NCBI GenBank assembly: GCA_012295275.1
Contig: CM022679.1
Span: 23,994,001-24,058,000 of the forward strand
Length of the DNA: 64,000 nucleotides
Reading direction: 5' to 3'
Origin: Chrysomallon squamiferum
Lineage: Eukaryota; Animalia; Mollusca
A program made the translations under genes and the position numbers. Below are positions 11,001 to 24,109 of the stretch, in pieces. The notes under the pieces were generated by a model, which did no database searches, was not told where the DNA came from, and saw nothing but the letters and a program-made list of their open reading frames with translations. How positions within the stretch are numbered: position 1 is the first letter of the stretch; each line of letters starts with the position of its first letter.

Positions 11001-14000
11001 ATACTGATAGCAAGAATGATCCAGTTGAGTATGAAAATAATCAAGACAGAATCAATAACCATTACAGTAATTAGTAACTGGAGTAATAAGCTATATAAAT
11101 TCAGTAGGTAATTTGAATAATTCAATTGATGTCAGTAAATATTTAAATAATTCGTTTTATATCAATGGATTATTTGAATAGTTCTGTTTACATTAGGAAC
11201 TTTTGAATATAACTCATCAATAACAGTGTTAATTTAAATTTGTATTTAACCACTAACCATTTCACAAGCTTCCATAATGACACTTGATTCTTCTGGTGTC
11301 AACACAGTACTGTTAAAAAAGAGAGAGGAAAAAAGGGAAAAATTCATGATATTTGTGTTTTTTCACTTTCAAATCTGACCTCAAACTTATTTTGGTTAGA
11401 ATTAATATTTGTTTAATTCTGAATTTTTCAAATTCCATTACATCTACACAGTCATCATAAGTTTGATTCAAAGGCTTACTATGATTAGTTCTTTTGATGC
11501 TGGTTCAAACATAAAACTATCTATGCTTACATCTGTTTATCAAAATCAACAAGTTTATCCTTTCCATCATTTATTATTATTATTATTTTTGCTTGTTTTC
11601 AAATCAAGAGAAATTAGTCAGTGAGTAGGCTGATAGGAACATTTTAAAATGAGCCACAAATTACTAAATATATTTTCACCACTGAAGTATATTCATGATC
11701 TGAATAAATAAGTATGTAGAACACTTGAACATACAATGACGTTAATGTAATAATTCATTTTACTCATTGTAAAAAGAATACTCTAAATTTGTATAATGCA
11801 TAAAAGTTTTGTTACTGGGAAATATATACCCTTGTGTTGTTGATGCTGTTACACTAACTACCATGATTGTTGCTGGGGTAAGGATTTCTTGAAGGAAAGC
11901 ATTATTTTTAGAATTGGTAAAAATGTCATTTCCCAGTTCCTGAAATAAAAATAACAAAAAGAAATAATTAGTGGAGGAAAAAAATAAAAATAAAAATAAA
12001 TGCTATTCAGAATAACTTTGGTAATAATAAAATGAAAAAGACATTAAGAAGAAAATGATTTATTATTTGTATTAATTAATAACTCTGTTTCATTTATTTA
12101 ACATTTACAAATTTCATGATGTATATTTGTTATAAATAATGAATGAAAAATGAAATGACTTTATGTAAAAACAGATGTCATTTATAGAAATTATGCTTTA
12201 AATTATGAATGAAAAAAAAGGATAAAATACCTTCACTGTGTATATGTATTCCATAGGTGTTTGAACCAAAGATTCTAATTCTGGAAACCGTTTTGAATAC
12301 AGATCTCGTGTGAACTTGTGAATTACATCTGAAAAAAGAGGAAAAGAAAAGCATTTATATTAAATAACCAAAATAATATGGTAAATCAAATATTTATTCA
12401 GTTCAGTATTCTATAAACATGATTCTACAGTTATTTCAAGATAATAAATTAAAATTTGGTAATCCATTTTTTATCATATTTTTGCCACAATCAGACCAGC
12501 ATAAACTATGACCCTTGATGTCTGATTGGGTTTCTTCTTTATCTCAGGTAGAAACAAGCAGTAAAAACAATGACAAACAGGGCAAATGGGAAGAGCTATA
12601 TAATTACTAGATAGAAACTGATTTGCCTGGGACTTAGGAGGTATGGGTATCTGTTAACAAAATACTAGTATTTTCAGCAAAGTGTAAGCATTTCTCAGGT
12701 GCTATGACTTATATAACAGATCATGAAGCACTGTGATTTTTATAACCATCAGACAGGAGATAATTCATCAACATTTACAGAGCATTATTTCTAAAACTTT
12801 GTATATCCCTGTTGATTAGTGGAAATACTGAAAGAAGCCACACATTACCAACATGAGGTTAGATATCAAAAGATCATCTAGTATTTCAATGCTGATTTAA
12901 AATGATTAAACACATTATCTGATTCTGTCAATAAAAAAATATTTCCAACTCTGTGGGTAATTTTTATCCTGAACTTGGAGAAATACCTTGTACTTATAGT
13001 GTATCATACATTAAATACCAAAAGAGAGTTATTTTAATAAGCCTGATATCTAAAACTGAAAATGAAAGATTAAAAAAATATATCAGCAAATGACAATTAA
13101 AAGTGAAAAAGAAGAGAAGAAGACATTATTTCTCATATATGCAAAAAAAATTCATCTGATATTTTAACAAACTCACTAATCTCATTGTCAATCTCTACAG
13201 TCATATTGTTAGCTGCTACAATCAACATGTACTCAGGATCAGCTTCGACAGGTCCAGAAACTGAAATTTTAAAAGAAACAGCAAATAAATACCTGCAGAA
13301 TTTCTTTTTATAATCTTCAGTGTCTGTAAACTGTTTTTGTTTTATGAAAAGAGTCAAGCTATCTGATTAATGTTTAATGTTGTTATATAGTTCACTTGAT
13401 GGGCAATGTGGGCAAAAGACTTCCTCAAAAGGCTGCATATAATTATAAACAAACAAATGAATAAATGTTTTGTTGAATAATTCTATCACTTATGTCATGT
13501 GTATGTTTAAAAGATTTTGTTAAAGGCTCAGTTCATTAGAAACAGAATATCAGTACATACAAGTAGATGTTTAATTTTATGTTGGCAACAATAGCTTGGT
13601 TATACTGCACTGTCTCATTTTGACTTCAGAAAATGTCACTTTGCTGTGATCTGTCCAGAGGAAGAAGTGACTTCTGTATGATGTATTAAAGAAAATAGAC
13701 AAGATGCATTAACCTACCACTGTCTCTTCTTGATGTCTTGGAATATTTCCGTACATTGTCCATGATCTTGGCCAACTGAAACAAAATGGGAGATAAAAGA
13801 AGAAATAATCAATAAAATGTATTTAATATTATTATGATTATCATTAAAAATGTTTTAATTTTAAAATCAAGTTTTAATTCTAAAACCATCTACATCTGTA
13901 TGTTCCTTAGAAGACTGAAGGACATTTTTCAGTTTTTGGCATGTAAATTAATTTTATAGCAGGGCTATAGCTGGGCTCAAATATTCACTTTGAAAACATT

Positions 14001-14771
14001 CAGTGTCCCAAACTTGTTTTTTCTAGCCCAAATGAAAAATATTCATATTTCAGCTTTTAATTGAAGGAAAATGTGCACTTGATCATTAAGTTTTGAAATA
14101 TGCAAATATACCAACATATGTGATATTGAAATTCTTCTTTGTCAAATGCTTTTTAATCAACCAATCAAACAAATCAATTCAAAGACAAAAAACCCAGAAA
14201 TCAGAACACTGTGAAGCAAATGACAGAAACTAAGACAAGATGATCGAAATAGTCACGATCAGTTTAACAATACAGTTTAGTACATGCATATCAAGGCTAC
14301 AAAATTAGTGTTTATAAATACATGTTAGCAAATTGAGATAAGCCAATACATCCAATTTATTGAACTACAAGCAAACCTTTTATGTGAAATAAATATTTGC
14401 AATCAAATTATTAATAGTGGCTCTTGTGTTATAACTTATATCGAAAGAAAGAAAAGGTCGCCCAAGTAATATTTTTGCATAATTTGTTTAAAATCCCATT
14501 TGCCCAAACAGAACTTTGGTTGCATTTGGCAACTTGGCATAGTTGGCCATAGTTGAATCAATAAATGATTATATGTATCTGTCTTACAGACTGTTTTCAC
14601 CTCTTTACTGTCTCTCAGCTTGGCCACACAGCTGACTGAGGAGTACTGTTTATCCAGATCCATGGTAACCTCTTCCACATCGGCAATCTCAGCCTGGACC
14701 TCTTCTTCATCTTGTTCAACATCTTCACCCCCTTCCTCTAGATCAGCAAGCAATTCATCTGCTAAAGACAT
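6600..14771 (-). CDS. PRPF31: U4/U6 snRNP protein Prp31 (pre-mRNA processing factor 31), 491 aa, 13 coding exons
   Basis: Exons 14771-14601, 13775-13718, 13260-13177, 12328-12231, 11939-11830, 11309-11258, 10832-10715, 10394-10237, 9781-9564, 8527-8455, 7881-7753, 7036-6935, 6704-6600; all GT-AG, 1476 nt, in frame. Hallmarks: MSLADELLADLEE, GPVEADPEY, YSKRFPELESLV, ATIMVVSVTASTTQG, GGLTNLSKMPACN, AAKCTLAARVD, RKKRGGRR, ELRKQANRMNF, AFTPLQGLEIVNPQA. Confidence 0.98.
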
Positions 14772-15489
14772 GCTAACTTAATTTTCTGAAATAAAGTCAA
14801 GATTAAAATATTCATTTTAATAAACAGATATACTAGTTCATTGATAAATTACTCGACGTACCGGCATCATTGACATAATTTAATATAAATAATAAAAATA
14901 TGATATTCCATCAAGATAATATTTATGGTTAAAATTATTTCCATTATATCATAAATTAAAATAAAATTAACTATAATTATAAACAAAATATCATAAAACA
15001 TACGATAAAATTTAAATTTTGATAAACTCCCATGGCCGGAATAGCACTGATATAATTTAAAAAGCCTATCTTTTATAAATCTTTTAACTGAACTAGCTTG
15101 GAGTTCGAGTTTGACCACATGTAGATGTACATAATCATATTAATAAGGCTATTAATGCATGACTCGTGATATGAGTATACAATAAATTGTATAACTTAAA
15201 CTATAAAAGTATAAACCTATGTATCTGTACCAAATAATATTCAGTTGATAATGATACTATTAGTATTAGTATTACTAAGTAATAAATAAGTAATTACTAA
15301 AATTAGTATGAAGTATCATCACTAACATTTATCGTTTTTTATTTGGCATTGGAAGGAGAAACATATAAATCGGAATCTGTTATCACAAAATAAAACAGCT
15401 CTTCTTTTCAGAGCTGCATTTTTGTTTTGTAAATGTTCAAACCTATTTGGACCTTGCAGACGTCAAAAACAACACAAAATACGAATTAC

Positions 15490-15600
15490 CGGAAATTAAT
15501 AATCTTCTGCTCTCAACAAACAAAAGAGTTATCTTTCGGTTTGGTTTTGTAATTCCCTTTCTGCATAAGGGAGAACTAACATTATCGGTCGTTGCAGCAA
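15490..15600 (-). other. probable non-coding first exon / promoter region of PRPF31
   Basis: The ATG exon has an acceptor (ctttatttcAG) 14 nt upstream of the start, so a 5' UTR exon is needed. A donor-like CCG|GTAATT lies at 15490/15489 in a CpG-richer patch; the upstream boundary is approximate. Confidence 0.45.
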
Positions 15601-16422
15601 GTTTAAGATAAGCAATTTTGATTACGACTACTGATAGAGGTTTTAGTGAATATTTATACTACAGTTACTACAGTTATTTTACAGTGAAAGAGCGGGACTT
15701 TTAGAATTCTTTTTTCTTGTGTTTATGTTTTGTTTGTTTTGTCTATTTATTATTAGTTTTTTTCTCTTTCTTCGACAATAATTATTTTCATTGCCTCATT
15801 AAGGCACGAGTTCAATAATACAGCCCAGAAGCCTCGAGAGTTCAAGTGAAAAACTATTTTATTTTTTCTCCTTTTTTTATGAATTTTTTTACGGCGGGTA
15901 TGAAACTTAACGATACCTATAATACGTGAGCCTACATATTGTAAATACAACACTGAAACAGCTGAAAGAATTTACTAACGATATTGTTAAAAGGACCGAA
16001 ATGACATGAATAAAAATTTATAATGAAAACAAATAAATGAAACAACTCATAAATATATGTAAAAAATAGTTTTATTACATCAAACATTATACATATATGT
16101 TCGAAGTTAAAAAAGATGTTACATTCATACTGTATCTTCTCTACATCTAATTCTACACATTTATATATATATATATATATTGTGTATTGTGTTAAGAACT
16201 GCTAAATCTCTCTTTTGTTTATTTGCTAAAAATAAAATGTTAACAAAATACAGTGTTGATGAGTTGATGATTTTGGGTTTTTTTTGTTGTGACTCATTCT
16301 GATAGAAAACACCTCTGAAAATAAATACTTGAACAGTAATTGCTAAGTTTCCGTACCCTATACATTAACCGTTTATATTCATAAACATTATTCGTTTCAT
16401 AGGAGTAGCATTTTATCAGTTT

Positions 16423-16631
16423 TTATTTTGTCACAGTATTAAGATGTAGAGAAATAACTGTAATCTGAAGAATACTCCAAAGTAGAGGTAGTGCAACTTT
16501 TACGTCATTTCCGGCTGATTTTCCAACGCAGTTAGCAGACAGGAAGTAATCCATTGCTTTTACGTATGTAGACTTCAGGTCACAGGTAATTGTGTTCTGT
16601 ACTGTACAGTTGTGACGATATTCCTGTAAAC

Positions 16632-16672
<41 letters not shown>

Positions 16673-17590
16673 CTGATGATAACTGAAATATTAATGATAA
16701 CAAAAGTGATAATTGATGATAATAAAGATGATGATGAAGATGACGATCATAACGACGGAATGATTAAAGCGATGAAAACGATATCAAAAGACTTGGTGAT
16801 ACTACTACTACTACTACTACTAATAATGATAATGATGATGACGATGATATTTATCTTAATAATGGTCACACAACAATAACCGGTAAAAAAATAAAAATAA
16901 AAATAAAATAAATCTCGCATTATAATTCAAACTAACCCACAGATGAACTGAGCTTGCTGTTCTTCGCTGGGAGATTCGCCAGAAAGAGCAATGGCATTTT
17001 CTCCTTCTCTGTAACACGTAGCAATGTTGTTACCTGCCTTCTTGACGCACGAATCATGCACAGCTAGAAAGACAAATGTAAATAAAGTAAGAAGCTTTAA
17101 AAGATATCCCTGTTAAAATATGTTTTGCAGTATCAATACAACTTCAACCTTACACTGTATAATAATTACTGGAGCAATATGAACAACAGCTATACTAAGG
17201 TAACCATTACTAGTAAATGATACATCATTTTGTAATTATACATTGGTAATTCTTCTGAAACGTTATCACAATATTTTGTTAGTATTATATTTATTATCTT
17301 AGTTCGTGTTTTACAGAAACCCAGTCTGTAGTCAAACTATTTCACTAAGATGTGGTTTTATTAATTAATTAATTTCTATTACTACTACTGCTTCTACTTC
17401 TACTAGTAAAACTAATATTGTATGTGTCTGTTAATTAATATTCTGTAACTGTTGCTAATACTACTACTACTGCTACTACTGCCACTCTTCCAATTATTAC
17501 CACGTTCGTTACAACAACTGCTACTGTTCTGCTGATTTTAAACCTTATATTCATTACCATAACGACTGTGACTTCTACTATTACTATACA

Positions 17591-17663
<73 letters not shown>

Positions 17664-18113
17664 AAATTACGACTAATGACGATTTGAATGCTAGTAGTGA
17701 GTAAAATCCTCTTCAACAAAAGAAATCACAAAATTACAATTTAAATTACTGCACGCGAAATTAAATCCTTCTTCAAGACGTTCTGGTGTTGCAATGATAT
17801 CATTTAAAAAATGTTGACATTCTACAGCTGTTGAAACAAGACACTTCAAAGCAGATGTCAACTGCTCCAAATACGGCCTGTAAATTCATCAAACATACGT
17901 AATTTAAAAATAACATAAAACATTGTCTTTTAAAGTGCACAGTGATGTCTGCGCAACATAAAGTACTTGGATTGTTTATCATTTAAAATCATTTCATCTA
18001 GCAGACTATATGAAAAATTTATACTTTCTTCTTTATAAAAGGCTCTGACTTAATATTAAATATGCGAATAATGTTGACAAAATGAACATAAAATTGTAAT
18101 GATGATGATGATG

Positions 18114-18158
<45 letters not shown>

Positions 18159-19230
18159 GGAAAAAAAAAACGAAAGGGATTTACAGAAATATTGTATTTT
18201 CTCATATTTGGAAGTTGCTTTTAAAATCAATTAGACAACGAGAATGAAACTTTATTAAAGGGAAAACGTTATTACTTTTTATAAATATATATATATATAT
18301 AAAAAAATAATAATAATATATATTATTATTAAATTATATTTTACGACAACGTGTATATACCGTAAAAAAATTTTTTTTTTTAAATTAACACACACCTTAT
18401 TAATTATTTTAGTTTGAATAGCATCATTTTATTCCACTTTTTCAACATGAAACGTACCGAAAAAACCTACTTATTTACATGATATTATCAGTTTATGTAC
18501 AGATTCTTAATATAATCATTTTATAAAATAGAGTATCTAACAGACACGTGGACTATTTTCTAACACGAGATATTAAAAATTATAATAATATGAGGAAATG
18601 ATTTCATACGATGAACATGTCGTCTTATTGGCCAAAGTCATGAAACTGCTGAAGTCTCCTTTAAGATCAGAGAATGTAATGGTTGGTATCGGCGTTTTCA
18701 CTTGGTCGAAACATGCCGACACGTCGTCATTTATTGTAGATTCGCAGTCGCACTCAGCTTTTTCAGTAAGAAGTACTAAAATGTAAAAGAAAAAACTGTA
18801 TATTAGATATATAGACAAACAGAGAAAGAGAGAGATAGAGGGAGAGAGATAGATAGATAGATAGATAGATAAATAGATAGACAGATAGAGATAGAGAGAG
18901 ACAGAGAGATAGATAGAGAGACCGAGAAAGAGATAGAGAGAGACAGAGAGAGAGAGAGACCGAGAAAGAGAGAGAGAGAAAGAGAGAGAGAGAAAGATAA
19001 TAAAACCACAAAACTACAATATAATATGAAAGATATTCATTCCATAAATTATTTTTATATATAAATGTACTTAATTGTTTGAAGTTATTATTATGAAAAT
19101 GCTTTTCTAAATATCAAACTGGAGATTGTTTTATTTTTTAAAACAAAAACCAAAATAACGAGAAAAAGAAGAACAAGAACAACAACAACAACACCAACAA
19201 CAACAAATTTAAATAATAATAATAATAATT

Positions 19231-19295
<65 letters not shown>

Positions 19296-19370
19296 TTAAA
19301 ACAAAAGTATTATCATATAAATAGACTTACCAAGATAAAACAAAGAAATAATTAGAAAACGAAATTCCAT
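16423..19370 (-). CDS. uncharacterised secreted, probably GPI-anchored protein with two six-cysteine repeats (~226 aa, 5 exons)
   Basis: Exons 19370-19331, 18775-18610, 17877-17738 (or 17750), 17063-16937 and 16630-16423; GT-AG, phases 1,2,1,2. Signal peptide MEFRFLIISLFYLVLLTEKAEC; 12 mature cysteines; C-terminal GKSAG plus hydrophobic VALPLLWSILQITVISL; AATAAA at 16071-16076. Confidence 0.85.
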
Positions 19371-20064
19371 TGTAATAAATTAGTTCAAATCAGACATCAG
19401 CGTCTAAAATCGAAATGAATTACAGTTTGGCAAAAGCACTTTGATAAAAGTCTATCCTTTGCGTTTACACAACTTGCAATCAAATAAACAGGGTCGAAGT
19501 TAATAAAAGTATCCATCAAACCATGTCAGTTTTGGTTTATTCAAATCATGTACACCATTAACTGTCTTTAATGCGTTAACGTAAGTAATATCTTTGATAA
19601 ATATGACCTATTTTTCTTCTTCTTTTTTTTTAGTTTCTTTTTTTTAAATGTAATGATTATATTGATAAATAAGATGACCACCACTAACGAAGTCTAAAGT
19701 TCCGAACCTTGTTGACAAAGAAACGGAGAAACCATTTGTCCAAAATATTTATCTTTTATAGCTGTTCATACAATGATCGATACGAAACTATTATTTATAT
19801 TAGTGTCAGCGACAGTGTAAGTAAATATATCTGTGAAATATTAAATATATATATAAGAAAAATGTTTTAACAACGATTACCAAGAGGGCAAATATAGTAC
19901 AAAGAAATGTATTTTAAATATGTTTTTTGCATGTATGGTAACGTGTATATGTGCGTATATGTGTACGCTTTCGGGCGTGCATGAATGTGAATATGTTTAA
20001 AATATTTGCAGGTATATACATGACTTCTACGTACATATGAACGTATGCACTTTGTCTGCGTGTT

Positions 20065-20123
<59 letters not shown>

Positions 20124-20350
20124 GTTTGTGTGCGTATTTGTGTGTATGTGGTGGGGAACTGTTTTGTGAATATGTAAGCACGAGACTGTGTTGTGCCTAA
20201 GTGAAATGAATAATATAATTATGCAGGTATTTATACGGTGTGACTGCATTTTTTTTTTTTTTTTTTTCTGTCTGTCCTTAATTCTTTATCTATAACAAAG
20301 CGTGGAACCAATGACAGTCAAATCGGATCGCAATTATATAAAAGGAAATT

Positions 20351-20383
<33 letters not shown>

Positions 20384-20505
20384 TTGTGTGAGTACGTACG
20401 TACGTATGTATGTATGTATATATATATATAGACACACAAACACATAAATGCACATAACTGCACTAACAGTTATATAAACATTATTAATATTAATATTAAT
20501 ATTAA

Positions 20506-20557
<52 letters not shown>

Positions 20558-21053
20558 GTAATATAATGACAGATATTTTGCGACATTCAAAAACCTGACA
20601 GGAAAATTCCAACATATTAGTTTTATCCCCTTCATCGGTTTTTAAAATGTATTGCTGGACGAAAATAAGAGTTATATCCCCTACATCATAACACTAAAAA
20701 TTACTACTGAAACTAAAATATCATGTGAGTAAGCTAAAATGGTAAAGAAGTTACTATATGAGTGTATGCGTATGTGTGCTTGTGTTGTGTATTTATCACT
20801 GCCGATCACCTCGCCAAAGCATGATACTTTATTTTCAGATAACATAATTTTCTTATAAAGAAAGCAGCAGTAATCGACAAAAAGTATACAGCGGCATTTT
20901 ATTTACGGTATGTTCAGTCATAGCGCACGTATGTAAAATTAATACATATAAATAATTTAATAATTTTACTCAAATAAGTTCCAGCAATTATACACAGAAA
21001 TTAATAAGTAGAGAAATCAAACAAACAAACAAACAACAACAACAACAACAACA

Positions 21054-21120
<67 letters not shown>

Positions 21121-22204
21121 CGATATAAGGCATATTTTTATTTATGTATTTGCGAACAAAATAAAACTAACATTAATATATTTTAAAGTAATTTTCTTAA
21201 AATTAAAAAAAATAATAAAGGCAAATAGTTTGCATATGTTAAGAATCTGTAGCATCTTTTCTTTTGGAATTTTCTTTCCTTAATTTAATTTTTTTTTTTT
21301 TTTTTTAAATTATTGGCTCACCTTAATTATTATTCAAAGTAACATTCACTAATATTGTCAACAAACCGCCCTAAATTGATGACGTATTTTGCAATTACTT
21401 CTGACATCGGTCGTACACTGGGCGTTGTTCGATGTCTCATTAGCGACAATTAGGACACGACACTTATGGGAAATGAAACTGGTTTCTAATTTTCTTTTGA
21501 GCTCCTTCTTTGTTTCTGGAGCAGAGTTATCCCACCCTTGGGGCGCTGGCTGATAATTGTATTGGTCAACCCTTCAAAACCACGATGACTAAAAACGACA
21601 AATAATTATGTTGTTAATTAGCGACAATTACTTTACAAATGAGTTCTGTCGTCTGATTAAAGTTACGTCTGACTAAACTTAGAATTGTCTCCCCTTTTGC
21701 CTGGCAACCTCTGCCACGTGCCGAGAGTGTGCAAAAGGCTACCTGCTGGGATCCGTAAAACAATTATTCCAACATGATACGGGTTCGGTAACCGCGTTGC
21801 CGGATCCATTGTTCAGTTTAATTAGCATTATTTCTTGAAACTTAATTAAAGCGGTACATTTTAATGAACATCACTGCGTATGCGAAAAGAAATACGACAA
21901 TTGCCTGAGGCTGGTTTGAGTCATATTCGTCCAAAATAAAGCTTATTTTCGTTCGCTAGAAGCAATTATTCTGAATCTCCCTCTACCCTACCCCCATTGC
22001 CAGAAACGCATGTTAAATTAACGAAATCTTAAATTCAGTCAATTAAAGAAACTCGGCTACCTTACATCAGTCTATCTGAACTCCATTTTCGAAAACTATT
22101 AACATTTTATTGCAATTTTGGTATGTGTGTGGATGTATGTCCGTATATATGTAAAATGTAAGAGGCAAGTATGTACGTGGCGTCTTTATATTCATGTGTT
22201 TGTG

Positions 22205-22305
<101 letters not shown>

Positions 22306-22830
22306 AAATAGGTAGATTGAGAGAGAGGATACAGGTAGCTCAACTCAACACAATCTGTAATCATTTTCACTTGAAGTGTTTACATGCTGTATTAAACATT
22401 TGTGAACATCAACATTTCAGTAACGCCACACCAGTAATCTACGTGATGCCCTGTAGAGACGTATCTGCCAAGTCTGTCAGGAAATACGTTCTGTTTGTTT
22501 GGAACTAGCTGTCCCGCTGTGTTCAGACCGAAGGCAATTTAAAATCAGCTGCTAGCCTAATACTCTTGTTTTACTTTCACAGTTTACTACAACATGACAC
22601 TGATAGATAAATTATCTTCATTAGTCACAGACAGGAATTATGTGGTAAGTTCTCACAGTCAGACTGGCATTAGATAAAGGAAAGAAAGAATTTTAAGAGT
22701 TTGTTTTGATTAATGTAACGACTGGAGCACATTGATTAAACGATGTATCATTGGTTATAGGCGTGAAATATTTGGAAATTGTGACACATTGGAAAAACAG
22801 GACGAATCCTTTACATATTCTGTGTTGTAG

Positions 22831-22911
<81 letters not shown>

Positions 22912-24009
22912 AAGACAGACAGAGAGAGAGAGAGAGAGAGAAAGAGCCAGACAGATAGCCAGACTAAATACAAAATTTAACAGTGATTAAATTGAAAATA
23001 TGAGTCTGAAATGATATAATAATAAAATGAAAGAAAATGCTTTATTTGCAGGCTGTTGGTTGCATAATTATATTGAGTGTCACTTTAATTGCCAGACATA
23101 TTAATTATTAAACTTAGGCAATCTGGGAGTCATCAACCGGAAGAGAGCAGGAGAGCATTCGATTCTGGTTCGGAACACTATCCAGATAAGTTCAGCTTAC
23201 TGTCGACACGAACTCTGTCAAGAGACAATGAATGATTTCATTCCGCATAATAATTGAGAAAACGAAATAACCCCCCTTTTTTTTTTCTTAATACAAAAGT
23301 CAGAGAGTGAGAACGTAATGAAAGTGTGACAGATTTTTGAGATAACAACAGAGGTGCTGTCACATTTAATAAAGAAAGTATATTGATTAAGGGTTAATTA
23401 AATAGGATTATCTGTTTTCGGAGGCTTACAAGAGTACGAAGGTTTTCGTTTAATGAAGCAAAATATTAAAATAAGAAAAGATAATTCGGAAAATTATGAA
23501 CTTGAGTAGCTCGTGCATGGTTCATTACATTTGTCTGCAAATTAATTAATTGCTCCCCAGATGCGCTTGGTGATTATTTGGAGGAAAATATTGATGCCGA
23601 GTTAAACTAAATGTCACAAAATGCAGCTACCAACTCTCGGTCAGAGTCTGGTTTGACTTTGGACTGGAACGGCTAGTGATCGAATCACGTGAATGACCAC
23701 TGTCCAGAACAATAAGTTACATAACATACTTAATATTTAGCCTATTTATTATCTGTTATTAATAGAAATTTCTTAGCTGAGCTGTTATCTGTCATTCTTA
23801 CCTCGTATATATTTCTGTGATCATGAAACGTTTTTTTTTTTTTTTTTTTTTTTTTTTTCACCATAGTTTTCTACGAATGACTTCATTAAAATATTTCTGC
23901 GTGGGGTCTAAAGAAATTTTATTTGCTTACTATGTGAAAAAAAATAATAACAGTACTTTAAAAAGACAATTAATATACATATAAAACATAAAAAAAAAAT
24001 AAAATAAAA

Positions 24010-24048
<39 letters not shown>

Positions 24049-24057
24049 AATAAATAA

Positions 24058-24109
<52 letters not shown>

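Noticed and set aside
13578-13680. Possible H/ACA snoRNA in a PRPF31 intron (hairpin 13627-13676, ANANNA, ACA)
   Set aside because: The second hairpin is too short and weak, and the boxes are too common in AT-rich DNA.
15030-15120. tRNA/SINE-like B-box (GTTCGAG)
   Set aside because: No cloverleaf, convincing A-box or SINE tail.
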